Shown here piece by piece: positions 60,023 through 64,000 of a DNA stretch of 64,000 nucleotides. The notes under the pieces were generated by a model, which saw nothing but the letters and a program-made list of their open reading frames with translations, was not told where the DNA came from and did not search any database. The stretch lies in contig CAWJQI010000004.1 in NCBI GenBank assembly GCA_963845085.1, forward strand, positions 64,001-128,000. The letters are read 5' to 3'. The number at the start of each line of letters is the position of its first letter. Position 1 is the stretch's first letter. The position numbers and the translations under genes were made by a program. Source of the DNA: Candidatus Fermentibacterota bacterium (lineage in GTDB: Bacteria > Fermentibacterota > Fermentibacteria > Fermentibacterales > JCC-6).

Positions 60023-62640
60023 CCCGCAGCGGTGCCGTTCAGCTGTTTACCGTATTCCTTGATGGCTGCGACTGAGGACCTCACGGCTTCCATGAACTCG
60101 TCGGAGATGCTCTGCTTTTTGAGGAGACCGCCGGAAACCTTCCCCATGTAGTCTTTGAGCACCTGGATGTCGTCTGTTTTCCCGTGATGGACGAGAAGGA
60201 CAAGCCCCTCCTCGGCGAGTTCCGCATTGTCGAAGGGATATCCCGAAGCGTTGTTGAAGGCGGACCGGACGTGCCTGATCACCCTGTCGTCGTCGGCGGT
60301 TTTCCTGAAGAAGTTCATTATGACGGGACGAACCGATGAGTGGGTGTGCCAGAGCCTGAGTGCGGTGGGGATCAGATCCCTGTCAGGGTCGTCCATTCCC
60401 GCAATGACTTCCATCGATGCCTTGACCACGTCACGGGAGGGGTCGCCGATCATCTCACGCGCCGCTGTTGCGGCCTTGCCCTTGTCCACCCGGAACAGGG
60501 CATTGATGGCGAGCTTTCTGACCCTGTCGTCGGGATCGTCGCACAGCCGTTCCAGGAGCTCGGCGCTGTCGCGGTGGCTGAGGTCGCCCAGGAGACCGAC
60601 GATGTTCCTCATGATGTAGAAGTCGGGGTTCTGAAGCCTGCCGGTTTCCTGGTCCCTGAAGTTGCCGCTGCCTGTGAGGATTTCCTCGACTCTGGCCTGC
60701 ATCTGAGTCCGGAACCCCATCCCGTAAAGCTTGAGGACCGAATAGGCTCGCGCCCTGTGGTCCCTGTGCCGCTCGAGGAAGGTGTCCATCAGGCGGCCGG
60801 CAAGGTTCCTGAATGAAAACTCTGAAACGATCTTCTCCGCGGCGGCACGGGGAACGCTGTCGCCGCTCATGAGGGAATCGGCGAGAATCTCGGCGGCATC
60901 GGGGGAGTCCATCCTTCTGTGGGCTTCAGCCAGTCCGCGCCGCATGGCGCTTGCAAGCGCCGGTGTGCCGGGCACCATGGTCCTGAGCTTCCTCAGGTTC
61001 TCCACCACACCGGCTGCCGCGGTCAGCTTGTTCATGGCCATCAGACGCTCGCAGATTGACCCGAGGAGCACCGCGGACATGTAGAGGCCGTCGGGGAAGG
61101 TCGTTCTGAGCATCCACTCCGAAACCGTCTCGGACACCTGCAGAACGGTGTTGATCTTGCCCCGTTCGGCGCCGGTTCCAACAAGGTCGGCCAGTTTTTC
61201 GAGGGCGGTGAGCCTCTTCTCCTCGTCCGGGGCCTCAAGGTCCTCGAGGCATCTGTCGATGATCTTCCTCAGTGCGCTCCAGGCGATCGATCTCTGGATC
61301 TCGCGGCTTGTGAGGATGCCGTCCTCGAGAATGGTCGGGTCGAGCGATGCCACGAAATCAGCGAGCATCGAGCGATACTTCCCCGTTCCTCCGGCCGACT
61401 CGTCGAGGATCTTCTGAAAGGCCTGCCCAAGCTTGTCGGCAGGAATGTCACGGATCGTCTCGCCCTTCTGAAGCCTGTCTATGAGCTCGCGGAAAACAAT
61501 GTCCTCCAGGGCGTTGTCTATCGGGCCGGTGACGGTCTCGGCTACCATTTCACCGTCGCGGGAAACCAGGGCGTACCTGAACTCGTCCACACTGACCCGC
61601 GAGAAACCCTTCTTGCGGCAGATCTCGCCAAGCCCTCCGCGTTCCTTCAGGTATCCGGCTTTTCTGTTGAGCATCTCCATGAAGTCGAAAAGCTCGGACT
61701 GGGTAAGCCCGGTGTCGAAGGCGACGCTGTTGACCCGCCTTTCCTCGAAATGGGAGAGAAGGTTCTCGACCGCCCTGACTTTCCTGTTCGCCTTGATGTT
61801 GTTCACCATGAGCCTTCCACCGAGGAGGGTGAAGGCCACCATCCCGCCCTCATTGCCCCGCTGGGCTTCAAGCCTCGCAAGGAAGTCGACGAGGGCAGGT
61901 TCAATGGCGGGATGATCCGGAGGGTACATCCCGATGGTCCGGAGAAGCAGGCTGAACTTTACGGCAAGGTTCTGCGCGGTTCTCGCCATGGCGAGCGGGC
62001 TCTGCCTGACCTCGGAACTCCTGACGTACGCCTTGAGATTGGCACCCGAGTGCAGCCTTTCGACGGTGTCGGGATCGAAGTTGAAGTGCCAGCTGTCCTT
62101 GCCCTGCCTTGAGAAGTCAAGTTCCTCGAGCACCTCCTCGAGTTTCTTCCTGGAAGCGCCGGGCCATGCCGATGCATCGAAAACAAGTTCGGGCTCAGGG
62201 GCCGGACCCGAGGCAAAAACGAGCTCAAGAACGTTCTCGCCCATTGGAAGCCTGTCGGTACGGCCTTCCTCGCGCAGATCGTTCCAGACCAGCGTGGCCG
62301 TTTCAAGCACCAGGGAAACCTTTGCAAGGAAACTGCTTCTTCCCTCGGGGGGCAGACCGTCGAGCTGCGACCATGCCTTGACGAGCTGGGGCAATTCGGA
62401 TCTCAAACCGTTTTCAAGCTGGGCCATGGACAGGTCCTTGAGCCCCTGGCTCCAGGATGGCGAGTTAACAGCGGTGTAGTAGGAAAGTGCCCAGACCGGT
62501 GCTTCGAGTGCTGATTCCGACATGGCCATGAACACCTCGCCCGGGGCGTGGTTCTCAAAGGCCTTCTCGACGAAGAGCGCACCCCTCTCCCTGGCGTCGG
62601 GAAGAGAGGCGAGAGTGGCGCACAGGTCTTTGACTTCCAA
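60016..62640 (-). CDS. Large helical HEAT-repeat protein
   Basis: MYPPDHP domain; RNIVGLLG, DPDDRVRKLAINAL, DPSRDVVKAS HEAT-like repeats. Confidence 0.75.
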   Translation of the reverse strand: MEVKDLCATLASLPDARERGALFVEKAFENHAPGEVFMAMSESALEAPVWALSYYTAVNSPSWSQGLKDLSMAQLENGLRSELPQLVKAWSQLDGLPPEGRSSFLAKVSLVLETATLVWNDLREEGRTDRLPMGENVLELVFASGPAPEPELVFDASAWPGASRKKLEEVLEELDFSRQGKDSWHFNFDPDTVERLHSGANLKAYVRSSEVRQSPLAMARTAQNLAVKFSLLLRTIGMYPPDHPAIEPALVDFLARLEAQRGNEGGMVAFTLLGGRLMVNNIKANRKVRAVENLLSHFEERRVNSVAFDTGLTQSELFDFMEMLNRKAGYLKERGGLGEICRKKGFSRVSVDEFRYALVSRDGEMVAETVTGPIDNALEDIVFRELIDRLQKGETIRDIPADKLGQAFQKILDESAGGTGKYRSMLADFVASLDPTILEDGILTSREIQRSIAWSALRKIIDRCLEDLEAPDEEKRLTALEKLADLVGTGAERGKINTVLQVSETVSEWMLRTTFPDGLYMSAVLLGSICERLMAMNKLTAAAGVVENLRKLRTMVPGTPALASAMRRGLAEAHRRMDSPDAAEILADSLMSGDSVPRAAAEKIVSEFSFRNLAGRLMDTFLERHRDHRARAYSVLKLYGMGFRTQMQARVEEILTGSGNFRDQETGRLQNPDFYIMRNIVGLLGDLSHRDSAELLERLCDDPDDRVRKLAINALFRVDKGKAATAAREMIGDPSRDVVKASMEVIAGMDDPDRDLIPTALRLWHTHSSVRPVIMNFFRKTADDDRVIRHVRSAFNNASGYPFDNAELAEEGLVLLVHHGKTDDIQVLKDYMGKVSGGLLKKQSISDEFMEAVRSSVAAIKEYGKQLNGTAAGQ

Positions 62641-62733
62641 AGAACACCCCTCCCTGGTTCACAATAAATGGGACGATAATGCCCAGATCAGGTATTGACA
62701 ATCTCCCGGTTCATGAGGAGTTTACCGTCACGC

Positions 62734-62830
62734 GGGAGCGGAAGGGGACTGGTGTCTCTCCCGGACTTCAAATCCGGCGTCGGGTGCTTAAACCATCCTG
62801 GGTGGGTTCGATTCCCACACGTTCCCGCCA
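62734..62830 (+). tRNA. selC: tRNA-Sec(TCA)
   Basis: CCGGA-CTTCAAA-TCCGG anticodon arm, 6-bp D stem GGGGAC-TGGT-GTCTCT, long variable arm, GTGGG-TTCGATT-CCCAC, GCCA end. Confidence 0.93.
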
Positions 62831-63561
62831 TCCCCCCCGACTATAGAATCAAGAACCATCTGAGCAAGGGCGTACCCGAAAACGCCCGGCATTGTCATCA
62901 GGCTCGGAAGCCTGTTCCTGACCCTCCCCCTTCGGCACGAAACATCCTCCTCGTCCGGTGGAAGGGGTTTCACGGCCGTCTCGACGGAATAGACACAACC
63001 GATACTTCCGCTCACGGACCTTCTGCGGAGGTAGCGTCTGAGCTGCCTTGCCAGCGGGCAGCCACGGGTCTCCCACAGGCTTCCCACCCTCACCATGGAG
63101 GGATCCCTCCTGCCCGAGGCGCCCATGCTGCTGAACACGGGAATGCCGTTGCCAAGGCACCAGGACAGGAGCTCCGCCTTGGGATTCAGGCTGTCGATCG
63201 CGTCGGCAACGATGCAGCCGCAGCTGCGCGGAAGCAGCCCGGGCAGCGAATCCGCATGAATGAAGACGTTTCTGTGAAGAACCCGCGTGTCGGGGCATGC
63301 CGATGACAGGATCTCGGCTGCCGCTTCCGCCTTGTTCCTTCCAACATGCGCGGGGGTGAACAGCGCACTCCGATTCAGCCCCGTCTCGGTCACGGGGTCG
63401 AAATCACACAGAGTCACCTCGCCCGCACCGGTGCGACAAAGGGCTGCAGCGCAGTGGCTTCCAACGCCACCCACCCCGGCGATCATGATCCGGGCCGACC
63501 TGATGCGCGCAAATCCCTCTTCGCCGAAGAAGTCCAGAACGCGTTCGAAGCGCCTGCTCAT
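62788..63561 (-). CDS. tcdA: tRNA threonylcarbamoyladenosine dehydratase (ThiF family)
   Basis: AGVGGVGS, DFDPVTETGLNR, DAID, SSMGASGRRDP, CPLARQLR, VYSVE. Confidence 0.9.
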   Translation of the reverse strand: MSRRFERVLDFFGEEGFARIRSARIMIAGVGGVGSHCAAALCRTGAGEVTLCDFDPVTETGLNRSALFTPAHVGRNKAEAAAEILSSACPDTRVLHRNVFIHADSLPGLLPRSCGCIVADAIDSLNPKAELLSWCLGNGIPVFSSMGASGRRDPSMVRVGSLWETRGCPLARQLRRYLRRRSVSGSIGCVYSVETAVKPLPPDEEDVSCRRGRVRNRLPSLMTMPGVFGYALAQMVLDSIVGGDGGNVWESNPPRMV

Positions 63562-64000
63562 AGTCCGGGCAGAAGGATGCGCCCGGCGTTCTTCGAAGAC
63601 GCCAGTGCGACAGTTTCAAAGGGAACTCCACGGATTGCGGCCATGGCCGACGCTACAAGGCGCAGGGAAGATGGTTCGGAAGGACCGCCCTCGATCCCGA
63701 GCCACGGGGAATCGGTCTCGAGAACGAAGCGGTCTTCGGGGACAGCTGCAGCGCTCGCCCTGGCGTTGCGTGCCCCTCCCCTGGTCACGGCCCCGCCGAA
63801 GCCGATGCAGCAGCCAAGCTCCAGAAGCAAAAACATCTGCTCAGGGCTTCTGCTGAAACCGTGGATGATCGCCCCCGGGGGCGGTGAAGCCTGCAGCAGC
63901 TCCCTCAGCTCGTCAAAGGCACCCCGGCAGTGCAGAAGCACCGGAAGGGAGAGCTTTCGTGCGATCCTCAACTGCTTTTCAAGGCAGTCGAGCTGAACAC
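63558..64000 (-). CDS. tatD: TatD family deoxyribonuclease (5' truncated by the window)
   Basis: LPVLLHCR, IIHGFS, FVLETDSPWL, NAGRIL. Confidence 0.9.
   Translation of the reverse strand, partial: VQLDCLEKQLRIARKLSLPVLLHCRGAFDELRELLQASPPPGAIIHGFSRSPEQMFLLLELGCCIGFGGAVTRGGARNARASAAAVPEDRFVLETDSPWLGIEGGPSEPSSLRLVASAMAAIRGVPFETVALASSKNAGRILLPGL

Noticed and set aside
62695..63306. 203-aa plus-strand ORF
   Set aside because: Translation of tRNA-Sec plus the antisense strand of tcdA.

Overview
GC-rich chromosomal window from an anaerobic diderm bacterium. It is most consistent with a non-Bacteroidota FCB-group lineage (Ca. Fermentibacteria-like); this is inferred from gene content, not tested. 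From left to right it holds: a catalytically altered integron-integrase-like tyrosine recombinase; a trimeric NADH-type [FeFe]-hydrogenase operon; sahR-ahcY; a degenerate cyclase-STAND-TPR protein; a ~15-kb type-IX-secretion-like operon (porU, porV, an M6 pseudoprotease, an M30-like protease, a large beta-barrel, Omp85); divIVA-yggS; the ffh-rpsP-khpA-rimM-trmD-rplS-rnhB(+yraN) cluster; nrdR; tRNA-His/Lys/Arg; an ~11.5-kb accessory region between two convergent tRNA-Arg genes; then lepA-arsC-VOC-hemW, a gingipain-like C25 protease, glgP, a GT-C glycosyltransferase, a HEAT protein, tRNA-Sec, tcdA and partial tatD. The most striking signal is an integrase-free array of four gene cassettes (two RCC1-repeat secreted proteins, MNT-HEPN, HipBA) downstream of tRNA-Arg(CCT). 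Each cassette is delimited by a ~29-bp tRNA-3'-end-like site, and these sites decay with distance from the tRNA. About ten proteins carry a T9SS-type C-terminal sorting domain. Several single-base frameshifts, including one in housekeeping rpe, suggest sequencing or assembly indels.
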